Shown: positions 36,322 to 48,463 of the stretch, in pieces
Position numbering within the stretch: the stretch's first letter is position 1
How the letters are laid out: the number at the start of each line of letters is the position of its first letter
Origin: Takakia lepidozioides
Lineage: Eukaryota; Plantae; Bryophyta
Assembly: GCA_030704615.1 (NCBI GenBank)
Contig: CM060731.1
Location: forward strand, 85,870,001 to 85,934,000
Direction: 5' to 3'
Length of the DNA stretch: 64,000 nucleotides
Made by a program: the position numbers and the translations under genes
Notes under the pieces: generated by a model
Told to the model about the DNA's origin: nothing
What the model saw: only the letters and a program-made list of their open reading frames with translations
Databases searched by the model: none

Positions 36322-37857
36322 AACGCTACTCGCTAGCATGGCACTTTATACCACGAAATAAGCCCACTCGAAATACTTAAAAGGAGTTTTTTTGGAAATT
36401 CTTTACGAAATGTTCATGCACTAGACTCTGTAATCGCCAAGGCTGCTTTTTGCACCTGTCACATCACGTTTGATAGGTAAAAAAAAAATAGCCTATCAAA
36501 AGAATGGCAAAAGTTACTGATAGTTATTAGCAATTTTATTAGTAAGTCCACCTAGGAGAGGCTCAAAAATGTACAAATTATTAGTAGTTACTGTCAATCT
36601 TACTAGTAAGTCCACCCTAGAGGGGAGCCTCACCTAGGCATTGCCAACTGCCCTTCTTTGTCTTTCAAGCCCTAAACCACTAGGCTCGCCTTCTTTGTTT
36701 CCTGTGCGTGCTCCAGCCTCCAAGCAAGCCTCTCGCGCGGCTCCCAGTGGACCGGTACGCCCGGTAAGTTGGTCTTTCTCTCCTGTTCGTGCCCTCCCTG
36801 CCCTTCATTTCCTTTGTCGTGCGCATACATATCGCTACACAACTACATCGTTGTCCAAAATCACAAAACACATGTGCACACCAAACACTAGTCTATTACT
36901 AGTCCACCACTAGTGCACCGCTAGGCTACCACTAGACAACCACTAGTCACCACTAGTGCAGCCACTAGTCCATCACTAGGCTACCACTAGCCACCACTAG
37001 TGCAGCCATTAGTCCAACCACTAGTCTGTCACTAGTGCAGCCACTAGTCCATCACAATGATAAGGAAAGGAATAATACAAGCATACAAGCTCTCTCAAAC
37101 TCACACACTTGCACATGAAAACATCACTCATATATTAAAGTCGAACCAAGTGCACCCCACGCCATGGGGAATCCACACTACGGCGCCATAGCTAGACGCG
37201 GTGAGGCTCAACTCGAGAAAGATGAGCCCACCGCGATCTGCCGTGAAGATAACAACGTCAGGTGCCCAAACATGTATTGGTCCCTGGATTGACACTTGGG
37301 TCAATCCCAAATGTCAATATATAAAAGCTAGCTATTTCCTAGCTAACTTCACACTAATGGTAAAATAACTTGACAGCTGTCGTGCGCATACATATCGCTA
37401 CACAACTACATCGCTGTCCAAAATCACACAATACATGTGCACACCAAATACTAGTCTATCACTAGTCCACCACTAGTGCACCACTAGGCTGCCACTAGAC
37501 AACCACTAGTCACCATTAGTGCAGCCACTAGTCTATCAGTAGGCTGCCACTAGCCCACACTAGTGCAGCCACTAGTCCAACCACTAGGCTGCCACTATTC
37601 CATCACAATCGCCCCCCTAGCTGACGCTTAGGTCTCTCTAAGTCCAGGTAGCCACAAGATGTGATAGTGGCCATAGCCTCACTAAGTCCTCCACCACTGT
37701 CCCTACTACACTCAAACTCGATAGATCAAGAGGCCGGGTACAAGAGTTGCCCCATAGTCGCCGTCTTGCAACCTGTGAACTTGAGCTTGAGATCTCGGGT
37801 ATTGACTCCTATGAGCTTGGCCTCCCATGTCTTGTTAGCTGCCACTAGTCATACTGT

Positions 37858-38722
37858 CTATCCCAAGCAGTGTGGACATAACCAATCTCCATCAGGAACC
37901 CTCTCAAGAGGTGGTGTCACGCATCCCATGTGCCAGCCTTTTGAGCATCGATCATACACCAGCATAGTGGCGGCACCACGAGCATGCCCACATAGCATGC
38001 AACGCAACCCTGCAGGTACCACTGCAAGGGTGGGATCTATCCTCCCATCCACATGTGGAAGGTGACATGGCGCACAATTACGCACATGGTCCTTCCATAC
38101 CATGCCATCTTGACCCTCCAGATGCAACACTCTTGAAGGCAACACCTCCCTGACCCTTAGAATCACACGTCCTGCTGTGACATCCCAGGTCGTAGGCGCT
38201 GTCTGCTGCAGATACACATAGTCCCCAGGGTGGAAACGCCGAACACCTGGCCGATATCCCCCTCCACGTATAGTGGCATACCTCAATGTGTCTCGGTGTT
38301 CGGCAATAGCAAGATTCTCAAAAGCCATAGGCATGACTCTCTTGAACAACTCTGCCCGCTGGGCACATGCTTGTGTCCACACATCCGGATCATCAAGGTT
38401 GAGGACTACTGCAGCCTCCATGCGAATAGACGCAGGCAAATCTGGCTCTCGGCCAAAGAGAAGGAAATATGGTGAGATGAGGCAAGTGATGCTTGCTTGC
38501 TAAACCTGTAGCCCATGGCTAACCAAGATACCTGAAGATCCCAATCTCCTAGGTGTCCCTTTTGCAAGCCATACTTGCGCAAACCCCTCTTCACTGTCTG
38601 AACCACTCTCTCTGCCAAGCCATCGGCCTCAAGATGATCCCGAGAAGTGGTACGGTGGTCTATCAAGGCTTTATCACACAAAGCCTGAAACTCCCCCAAG
38701 AACTTTCTCCCTTGGTTCGTGA
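37858..38722 (-). pseudogene. Integrase C-terminal part with PHD finger (copy 2)
   Basis: CMLC...V(Y)DRC..GWHMGC..PPL..VPDGDWLCPHC is a C4HC3 PHD finger with one Cys-to-Tyr change. Confidence 0.85.
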
Positions 38723-39957
38723 CTTGGAGTATGAGTGCCCACCGTGCAAGCTTCCACGTAAGCTTGTCTGACTCTATCAACCACTTGAGTGGCTGGTGAT
38801 TCGTGACAAGGGTGAAGAGATTGTCGTATAGATAGCACCTGAAGTGTGCCACGGCCCATACTGCAGCTAAGCACTCCCCCTCATACGAGCTATACTTAGA
38901 CTCTGCAGCGTTGTTCGAGCGGCTAGCATAAGCCACTACGAACTCTCTTCCCTCATGAAGAGTGTGAGCACCGCTCCAAGCCCCAGCATGCTCCAATCTG
39001 TATGCAACTGAAAATGACGCCTCCGATAGGTCGTCTCAAGATGGGCGCCGAGGTCAACCTCGCCTTGAGCTCTTGAAAAGCTCGCTCTTGCTCATCTTCC
39101 CACTGCCCTCCCTGGCCTACCTTGGTCAGCTTGGTTAGAGCCTTTGCAATAGCACTAAATCCCTTGACAAACCGTCTATAGTAGTTTGCCAACCCCATGA
39201 AAGCCCTCACATCTGTGGGGCGTGGAATCTGTGCAATGGCCTCTACCTTAGTCTGCTGTACCCCCAATCCTCCAGGATATATCATGTGGCCCAGATACTC
39301 AATCTGGTTGTGGAAGAACTTGCACTTCCCCGGATGTAATTTCAATCCGTGTGCTCTCAAGCGCTCAAACACCACCTGAAGGTGTCTCTCGTGTTCCTCC
39401 ATCATAGCACTAAAGATGATACTGTCATCTATATAGCACCGAGCAAAGTCCACCCCTGCTAGAATCCTGTCCATGACAATCTGGAATTCTGCAGGAGCGT
39501 TCTTAAGCCCGAATGGTAAGAATCGCCACTGAAATAGGCAATCCTTCCCGTGCTCATTGATCCCCCAGAATGCCGTCTTCTGCTTGTCCGCCTCCTTGAT
39601 CGGCAACTGGTGATATCCGGACCACAAGTCCAAAGTGCTAAAGACCTTGGCATGCCCAATGGCATCAAAGATCTCCTCAGGTGTGGGCATGGCATACTTA
39701 TCGGACTTGGTCTGACGATTTACAGGCCGGTAGTCACCGCACATACGTCTCTCCGTCCAATTGCCATAGACATCCTTCTTGGCTGGCATCACCGTGGCTG
39801 AAGCATACTCTCCACCAGAGAGCTCCACCAAACCAGCCTCCCAGAGATCTTGAGTCCTCATCTGAATCAAAGACCTCTCCATGTCACTGTATCTGTAGGG
39901 TCTCCGAAAGATTGTTGTGTCCGTGGCCAACTCAATACGAATCTCTTGACCCTTCAA
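38723..39957 (-). pseudogene. RT and RNase H (copy 2)
   Basis: ORF 38953-39957 with RMCGDYRPVN, LPFGLKNAP and YIDD; RNase H motifs follow. Confidence 0.9.
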
Positions 39958-40366
39958 TCATCCCAAATCCTTCAAACTGAATGCAAAGCAATTCCTGTAA
40001 GCCCTCAAGAACCGCCGTATACGTCGTCTTTCTCCTCCAGTGACAATGGGTCCAATGTCAGGCTCCCAATTGTCCTCCGTAACTACAACCTTAAGTCCAG
40101 CAGACTTAGAGGTAGAGGACGCGTCCCGTGGTTGCTATGCCGCAACCTCTTGAGCAGTACCCCCCCTGCCTGCTCAGTCAATGACAAGGCCTCATCCTGC
40201 CCCATCATCTCATCCTTGAGGACCTCCTCAACCCAAGAAGAATCCCCACCTCACCATCACAGCCGCCTTGGCTGCCAACTCCCTTTGAACCTCGAGCACC
40301 TCCCACGTGTGCCATGGATGTCTACACCCCGTGGTCCTCACCGGCTCGCCCCCACTCACTGCCTGT

Positions 40367-43300
40367 GAGGGTACTGCTGCACCAAGTGAGCAACATGGCG
40401 TACAGAGACGTGTCGTGCAATCTCATCCCTCTCCACATACAGGTAACGCCGAACTCGTACTCCTGCCTGTAGAACAACAGTCAATCCGGTGCTGATCCCG
40501 CCAAACAAATCCAGAAGGCAAATGCCTTCATCCGGACACTGTCACACGATTGGTGTGGTGTCAAATAGAAACAATTGAGGTGAACCTGGTGCAATCCCCG
40601 CACTGTGCTCCTCTCCTGACGTTACAAAAGCCTCTACCCAGGCTTGTTGCACCCGTCGATCAGCAACCCGCTGCAAATCCTTGCTCGAGCCCCACAATGG
40701 AGTGTGAGCAACCATGGCAGGCAACTCCGCCATACCATACATGTCATCCTGCCCTCCCGGAGGCGACACATCTTGTGAATGAGTGTTACCATCCAACAAC
40801 TCTCCAGGCCAAATCACTGCAGCTGTGAATGCTGCCAGTGTTGGCATCTTGCCTCGCTGGGCAACCGCAACTCCTCCTATTAATGTCACGGGGAGCTGCA
40901 CACGTTGGCCCTCCCCTGACTGCCATCCAGGCCTATAGGAAGCTGGCTCCTCCCAAAAATCCAGGGTGAAGCCCATGGGGTACAGCACTGCCCCACCAAC
41001 AATGACATCGTACGAGACCGCGTCTGTCACAATGGCCTTGGCTCTCATCACTGAGCCATCTGTAGGATGACCCAGCTGTAGTCTGGTAGCCAACTCACGC
41101 CGTGTCATGCCCCGAGCCTGCTCTGATCCTCCCAGAGATGTCTGTATCTGGAAAGGGCACGGCTCCATATCCGCCTCCGTGAGGCCCAAGCCTGCAATAG
41201 CAGCTCTACCCAGCATCAATGGCTGAACTCCCGAGTCCAACAAGACTCGCAGTGGCCGGTACCTCTTGCCTGCCGGTCCACTCGAACAGAAAATGTCATC
41301 CTGGTTGTCTAACATGATAACTCCAGGTGTCACCATGGCGCGCTCAATGGATGGCCTAGCTGGTAGCTCCATCAACCTGGCGGCTGCAGCTTGCCATGGC
41401 GCCGCCATGGCAGTCTTGACCCTCACATCCAAGGATCCCTCCGTCACTACGCCTCGCACTATCTCCACAGAAGATGAAGTAACCTCCCCACTCTCACAGA
41501 GTGTAGCTGCCAGCCTGAACACCTCAGCTGGTCTTACCCCCGGCGTCGCAATCATGGTAGCCGAGAACAATGGAGCCTGGCACACAGATGTGGCCGCCCC
41601 CAGTAGCACACTAGCTGCCGTAGCCTTGGCAACACTAGGTAGTGGTGCTGCCCGTGTAGCTCTCCCCAATGGCATAGTAACCTCTGCCTCGGTAACAGTC
41701 GGGCGAGAACTAGGTGCCATGGACGGCGTCGACACTGTCTCCGCCAATGTGATTGACTGAGGAAGCCTGGCCTGACAACTTGCCTCCCCACATTGTGGAT
41801 CCAACTCCACCTCCGCACCCCGTGGCTCAGGAACTTGTGCTGCTTCTCGAGTCACTGCCGCAGCTGACTCCACTTGCACTAGTGGTATCCTGCCCCGCAC
41901 ATAGTGGTAGTGGTCGTGTTGCCCGGCACTAGTGGTAGTGGTGCCCCACCCACAGTGGTAGTGGTAGTGGCACCCCTCACTAGTGGTAGTGCTGCCCTGC
42001 ACATGAATCCCATGCCTCCCATGTCTCCTCCCTCAGGAGCAGGAGGTGGACCATCCGGCCTTGGAGGTGGTACCACCTGAGTTGTGGCCATGGCAGCGAG
42101 CCTCTGCTCTAGCTGCTGAAGCCGGTTGGCCATGCCTTGGTCACCACCCTGACCTCCGCGTCCTTGGCCATGTTGAGCTTGCCCTTGGCCTGCACCTCGT
42201 GCCTGGCCACCTCGTCCTCTCTGGGCTGCTCCACCTCGCCCCCGGCCACCATTGTTCCCTTGGAACTGGCCTGGGCCCAACTCAAGATGCAAACCATAGC
42301 ACTGGGCGCTCCATGCCGTACTTGCCACAATGCCCACACTGCAACTGTGCAGGCTGTGCCGGTGCCGAACCATTGCCTCCCTTTGGGCAATCCTTCTTGA
42401 CATGGGGTCCTCCACATGTCCAACACACCACATCCGTCCGTTGTTGGCTTGCAAATGAAGGGAGAGACCCCTGCATCTGAGGTCCTCTCTGTCCTTCCCT
42501 GGGCTTCACCTGAGCTCCCTTGTTGCCTTTAGCACGTTGAGGTAGTGGCTAGCTAGGAGCACCACTACCCCGTGGTGCCTCCCTAGCAAATCCCACCATG
42601 ACCACTCGTTCCTCCACCATGTTGAGCTCTATCCGCTCTGCCAGCAAAAACACATTTGCTAAGGTGGGTTGGGCCGCTTGTAGGAGAGTTGCATCCCGCA
42701 CCCTTCTCCTCAGCTCCTTGTCCAATATCCCGTACTAGAACTGGACTGCCTGAGCTTCTGTAACCCCTTGGGTTACATTTATCAAGCACCTCATGCGAGT
42801 GAAAGCCTCCCTCAAGCTCTCAGTAGGCTTCCGTTGGAACTCTTGCAGGCTCCTCAACTTCTCTGTCCTCACCCCTTGGTAGTTCCTTCTCAACTCTTTG
42901 AAGAACTCCACAACAGGGTTGAAAGTAGGTACCGCCACTGGTGCTGGTGCAACAGTAGCTTGGGTGGACGTCGTAGTTGTTGTACCACTAGTCCCACAAC
43001 TGCTCGTGGAAGCTGCTGTTGTAGCTGCTGCTGCTGGTGCAGCTGCCGGTGTGGCTGTTGCCCTTGTGCCTCTAGTGATGGAGACCTAGTCAGGTGTCCA
43101 GTACATCCTCATCGTGCCACCGCCTAAACTCATGGTAATCATCCATGGGCGGCCCCTCAAGGTGTTGAAACAACCCCTTCTATGCCATGAAAGGCGTAAA
43201 CAGTTGTGGATTGCGCATTTGCTGCAAGTCACACCAACTATCAAACTCTTGGATAAAATCATCCGACTCAACGGTGCCCACCGCCCCAGAGTACCTACGT

Positions 43301-43527
43301 GGCCCCTTGGTGGCTCCATACATCTCCTCCATTGTGTCCCACAACAATGGCAAGGAAACAACTTGCACCGCCGGTGTGAGTCCTCCTGATTCACAATCCG
43401 AATCAGAACCTTCCGTAGAAGACACCGGAGGTAAAGGTGGCCTAAACCGCACACCCCGTCTCGTATACCCGCTAGTATCGCTAGTGCTCGTACCAGCACT
43501 TTCCCCAACAACTAGTGGCACCTCCAT
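40367..43527 (-). pseudogene. gag, protease and N-terminal stub of the DNMT (copy 2)
   Basis: LLDSGVQ and CWTCGGPHVKKDC; LDLFGG motif at ~40495-40515, then deletion of motifs III-X. Confidence 0.8.
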
Positions 43528-45800
43528 GTTGACAAACTGACACTCAACCGGTCATGAACATGTCTCTAACCCCCTCTCCACAAGGTATCCGGGTAGAGAA
43601 CCCGATGCGGCTTATGGTTTGGAATACTAGGTTCCTAACATAGCCTGCACCTGCACCTGCATCCACCGCAGGCACTCCCATGGTTGGCTGGTCATCACCT
43701 CCAACCTCACCACAGGAGAAACAAAGATGGTCTGACTGGTCATCAACCCAGCCTCACCATCGACATCATGCTCTAGGGTTGGATCGGCGATCAAGCCCGA
43801 ATCAACCACCTATAAAATCAAGCGCCCACACAAAACTAGCATGGCGCACAATCAAGCATGCAGGTGTGGAGGGGATCCAAACACAAAAATGAAAACAACA
43901 ACTCCCCCACACCAAAAATCTCTCCACAGTGTTGTTCCTGCAACCCAGCCCAAACCCGGACTGACTCTTGCCTCCACCTACGGAAAGGTCTCGGCCTACA
44001 GAGAAGGTGGAAAGCTACAAGGAAGGGAAACTAAAGCAATGCCTATCCCCAGCACGCTCTCATCCCAACACCCTTTTTTTTCCTCTCTTCTCTCACTTAC
44101 ATGACCATGAGAGCATCCTGTAGACACTCCTCAAACCGCCCTCCACGAGCTCATGAAACGTGGCCTCCAAGGCCCCATGCAAGCCTCTACAGGGTCCGTC
44201 AGTGCCTCCTTACGTCCACCAGCCATTCCTCCAAATGGAACCACCTCAGGAAACCACACCATTCGCTGAAGGTTCAAAAATGGAGCAAATAGAGTTACAT
44301 ATAGGCCCCAACAACCTTCTGTCCAAAGGAATTACCTGCAGGCTGGTCTCCCCCAAAGTTAAGAATTGGGCTAAAAACCCGAAAAGATTACCTGCAGGGA
44401 AGTAATCCCCTTTGTTAAAACGCAACAGGGAGGCGATTCCGACTTTTCTGCCGGATCAGCTAGCTCAAAACCGTTGTTCTTCAGCCCAGCCTCCCCATCA
44501 AGGTCCCACGAAACGAGTGAAAAAAGGTTTTATTTTTTTTTATTTTTTTCATTCTGCCTGTTCGCGGCCTTCCGTGGCTCCAACCGCCACGACTCCTCAC
44601 GGCCCGCCCTAGGCGCTCGTTGGCCACGGGCTGCCCAATGATACCCCGTGGTACCACTCCCACGAACCTTCACAGCCTGCCATCCCCACGATCTGGTCAC
44701 CGTGCCCACCCGTTGTGTCCGCACCACGACTTCCAACGGTCACGGTCAACCATCACGACCTGGGCTCGTGGTATCTCGTGATACCGCCCCAACGGCCCAT
44801 CACAGCCACTATTCTCTGTTCCCTGGAACTCCCAACGAGTTCCCATGCGTCCCCGAGGCGTTCCCAGACGTTCCCGCGCGTTCCCGAGCTCTCCCCGAGC
44901 TGGGGTTTGCTCCTGCACCTGCTGCCGACGAGCTATGGCTTCTGCGAAGCCATCAGCCCCGTCGCCCTGCACTCCTAAGCTCTCACGGCCCACTAGAAGT
45001 GCCCCCAACTCAATAAGCAAGCTATATGCTGCCCAACAAACTCCATTTCTTCATAAAGCTCACAAAAACGAATCTGAAAATACACACCTTTACAAACTTG
45101 GTGCATCTGCAGTTCTACTGCAAATTCCCTGGCTCTAGGACGCCTTGTTACTGCCCTTCCAGCCCCCCGCTCTTGCCACTCCAAGAGCCCTTACACTGCT
45201 GAGTTTCAGATTGAAAATCCAACTCAACACATGTTTCACAAGTGCACTGATTTGCACACAAGAGGGACCTGCCTCCTCTCTTCACTCATACCTCTTCATG
45301 AGTTTGGAGCTGAAGCTCCCAATGGGCTGCGATGCATCCCCTCACAGCTTCACTATTCGGCTGCTCCTCATCTATCCGCAACAACTAGTTTCGGGCAGAA
45401 ATACCTGGAGCTGATCATATCATCTCCAACCTGCAACACGCTAGTTTCCCATGCGCAGCCCACATTTTTGCAGCTTCTTAACTCGGCCTGCAGTTGAAGA
45501 AGACGACCACCAGTTCGCCCACTCGTGGCCAACATCTCCTCCGCTTCACACTAGAAGCCCAAACTTGGTTGCCATAGCGTTGAGCTATGCAACGCCGCTC
45601 TTCAACATAGGCTACCCACCTCTCTATCCATGGCAAACCTGCAACCTATTCGCCTTTGCACTCTATCCGCTTTGGATAGGCTCATCCACGGCTCCCTGCA
45701 CTCTAGGCTGAACCGTTTCTCATGATCTGAAAACACAAGTGCTACGACTAACTCGAACCTGGCACTCACAAACCTCGAGCTCATCTTTCTCGAGTGATAA

Positions 45801-47010
45801 TACAGATGGCTCAGTGATGAGAGCCAAGGCCATTGTGACAGACGCGGTCTCGTACGATGTCCTTGTTGGTGGGGCAGTATTGTACCCCATGGGCTTCACC
45901 CTAGATTTTTGGGAGCAGTCAACTTCCTATAGGCCTGGATGGCAGTCAGGGGAGGGCCGGCATGTGCAGCTCCCTGTGACGTTCATAGGAGGAGTTGCGG
46001 TTGCCCAGCGAGGCAAGATGCCAACACTGGCAGCATTCACAACTGCAGTGACTTGGCTTGGAGAGTTGTTGGATGGCAACACTCATTCACAGGATGTGTC
46101 ACTTCCGGGAGAGCAGGATGACATGTATGGTATGGCGGAGTTGCCTGCCATGGTTGCTCACACTCCATTGTGGGTTTCGAGCAAGGATTTGCAGCGGGTT
46201 GCCGATTGTCGTGTGCAACAAGCCTGGGTAGAGGCTTTTGTACCGTCAGGATTCAAACACATACACCTGGCCCACCCCCCCCCCACCAAATGGCTCTTCG
46301 ACTTGGTTGTCACCCCTGCTGACAGTGCGGGGATTGCACCAGGTCACCTCAGTTGTCTCCATTGGACACCACACCAATCGTGTGGCAGTGTTCCGGATGA
46401 AGGCATTTGCCTTCTGGATTTGTTTGGCGGGATCAGCACCAGATTGGCTGCTGTTCTACAGGCAGGTGTACAAGTACAACGTTACTTGTATGTGGAGAGG
46501 GATGAGATTGCATGACGCGTCTCCCTCCGTCATGTTGCTCAGTTGGTGCAGCAGTACCCTGAGTTGTTGCCGGTGTCTGCAGTTCGTGGATATCTGCAGG
46601 CCTTGCCAGCAGACATCTCTTTGTTGGGGGCGCTTTGGAGCGGGTTGACTCCATTGATTTGGTAGTGGCAGGTTGGCCCTGCCAAGGGCGTTCATCAGCC
46701 GGGCATGGCCATGGATTGCGAGACTCGAGGTCGGGTATGTTTTGGGAGATGGTGCGGGTTTTGCGCCACTTACAGCTTCATCAAGTTGTATCTCCAGCAT
46801 ACATCTTGGAGAATGTGCCACTGATGGGCGATTCTCGGGCCAGGGTGATGGCCAGTGTGCATCAAGTCCGGTCGTGGCTTGGGTCAGCAGTGTTGCTGGA
46901 TGCAGCTGCAGTGGGATCACGGGCTCATCGTCCACGGTTATGGTGGACTAACTTGATGCCACCCGCACTGCTTAAGCGTGCATTTGATGGGGTGCAGCGG
47001 CCAGCACACC
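45801..47010 (+). mobile_element. Inverted fragment of the same family: protease C-terminus plus DNMT motifs I-VIII
   Basis: Starts as the reverse complement of 41064 downward; encodes LLDLFGGIS, AGWPCQG, ILENV and AHRPRLWWTN; stop at 46513-46515; foreign ~70-bp insert at 46251-46320. Confidence 0.88.
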
Positions 47011-48463
47011 TCATCAGGCTCATCGGATAGCTACGACTCCTCCTCTGACGATGAGGATGAGTAGTCCTAGTCCGTGTAGGTCCCAGGGTCAGCCTACTAA
47101 AGAATATCTGAAGGGAAAGAGAAATCTTTCCAGGACGGGGACATTGTATTATGGTTACCAAAAATCAAGAAGATCAAACTGGGCGAAAAATTGAAAATGC
47201 CATGGATGGGACCATTTCAAATCAAAAGGGTACATGACAATGGAATTGTTGATTAGCAAACCTTGGAACAAGAATTCGTGGGACGAATTAATATTAACAA
47301 GTTAAAAGGCTACCAGGTAATACATGACAAAGCCCTTATACATGATTTATACGCCAACGAGGAAGATCAAACTGAAGATGAGGAGCGCGAAACCACCAAT
47401 GCCTACTACATTCATCACGACACGATGAATCAGCATGTACTAAGACAGGTGGCAACATGAATTTAGGGCACCACGACGGCTAGACCACCAATTATTTGGA
47501 GAACAACATTACCACCCCGTATACCGTATGGTGAACCGTGGCCAGCACAGATGCCCTACAGAACCTCGCCACCATTCCCACATGGCAGCGTGACTACTCT
47601 CTTGCGGCCATCTATGACCGCTCCGGATCTGCTCAAAAAGGTCATCCCCAAACCTTGGCTGTGCATGGATGTAAAAATTCGATAACCGGGCTGCGCATGG
47701 ATGACTGTCACCATCGATCTCGCAGATGGTGAAGTTCTCACATCCCTCCCAACTCCCCAGTTGAAGAGGAACATCAAACGCCAACCTTGGCGCGAATACG
47801 AAACGGCAATGAGTCACTGCTTGTGTTAAACTCTGAGATGTACGCTCCAGATCACCCCACCGACAGTGGTAATCATACACCACTACCCTTCGATCATAAC
47901 ATAGAGGCAGAACGATGGCGCAATCCAACGGATTGCCAAAAGACGACGGATGATAAGGGCAAAGCCATTAAACCAAGCTGCAAGTACTGCGCCCACGCCG
48001 CCCATCTAAAAACAGACCACGTACCAAAGTGGACGAACACAACTCAGAGGGATGAACATAAACTGACCGAAACTGGACAATCATCAACGACCATCAATTT
48101 TAAACAAAACAAATCACGAAGAAAAAACCAACGGAAGAAAATAAAGCACAAAAGGGATGAAGTTTTCTCAAAACCGTTACCTGAGGCTAAATGCTTCTTG
48201 GTAAGCCTGGGCCCAGCAATTAAAGCTAACTACGCTTTAAACCTAGGCAACCAGCATGACAGAATTACCTCCACGAGAACCTTGAGAGAAGTTAGAGGAG
48301 AAACCTACAGAGAGGAACCCCTACTTAAACCCAGGAGCGAACTCCTCACCTTCTCTTCCGCAAATTGGAAATTGTTGTATACACAACTTCCAGTGTGCTT
48401 CATACTCCTTGTGGTACAAGAATTGGTGCTCCAATTCCTACAGCAACTGTGAGACTAAGAGAA

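Larger units (their letters stand above)
36815..45800 (-). mobile_element. Ty3/Gypsy retrotransposon, copy 2 (related subfamily), with two internal deletions and a truncated 5' repeat
   Basis: Same A1 (36815-37057), B1 (37058-37375), gc, A2 (37378-37608), PPT layout; colinear gag, PR, RT and IN-PHD; deletions at ~38723 and ~40366; PBS at 45779-45795 followed by only 6 nt of block B. Confidence 0.9.

Noticed and set aside
38715-40370. Two ~850-bp deletions in copy 2 as spliced-RNA retrocopies
   Set aside because: The deleted segments do not have GT..AG ends in copy 1.
43657-44100. Apparent intron (GTAAGT...GCAG on the minus strand) present in copy 2 and absent from copy 1
   Set aside because: Copy 1 keeps the bases equivalent to the acceptor (GCAA for GCAG); the loss fits deletion between short imperfect direct repeats, not precise splicing.
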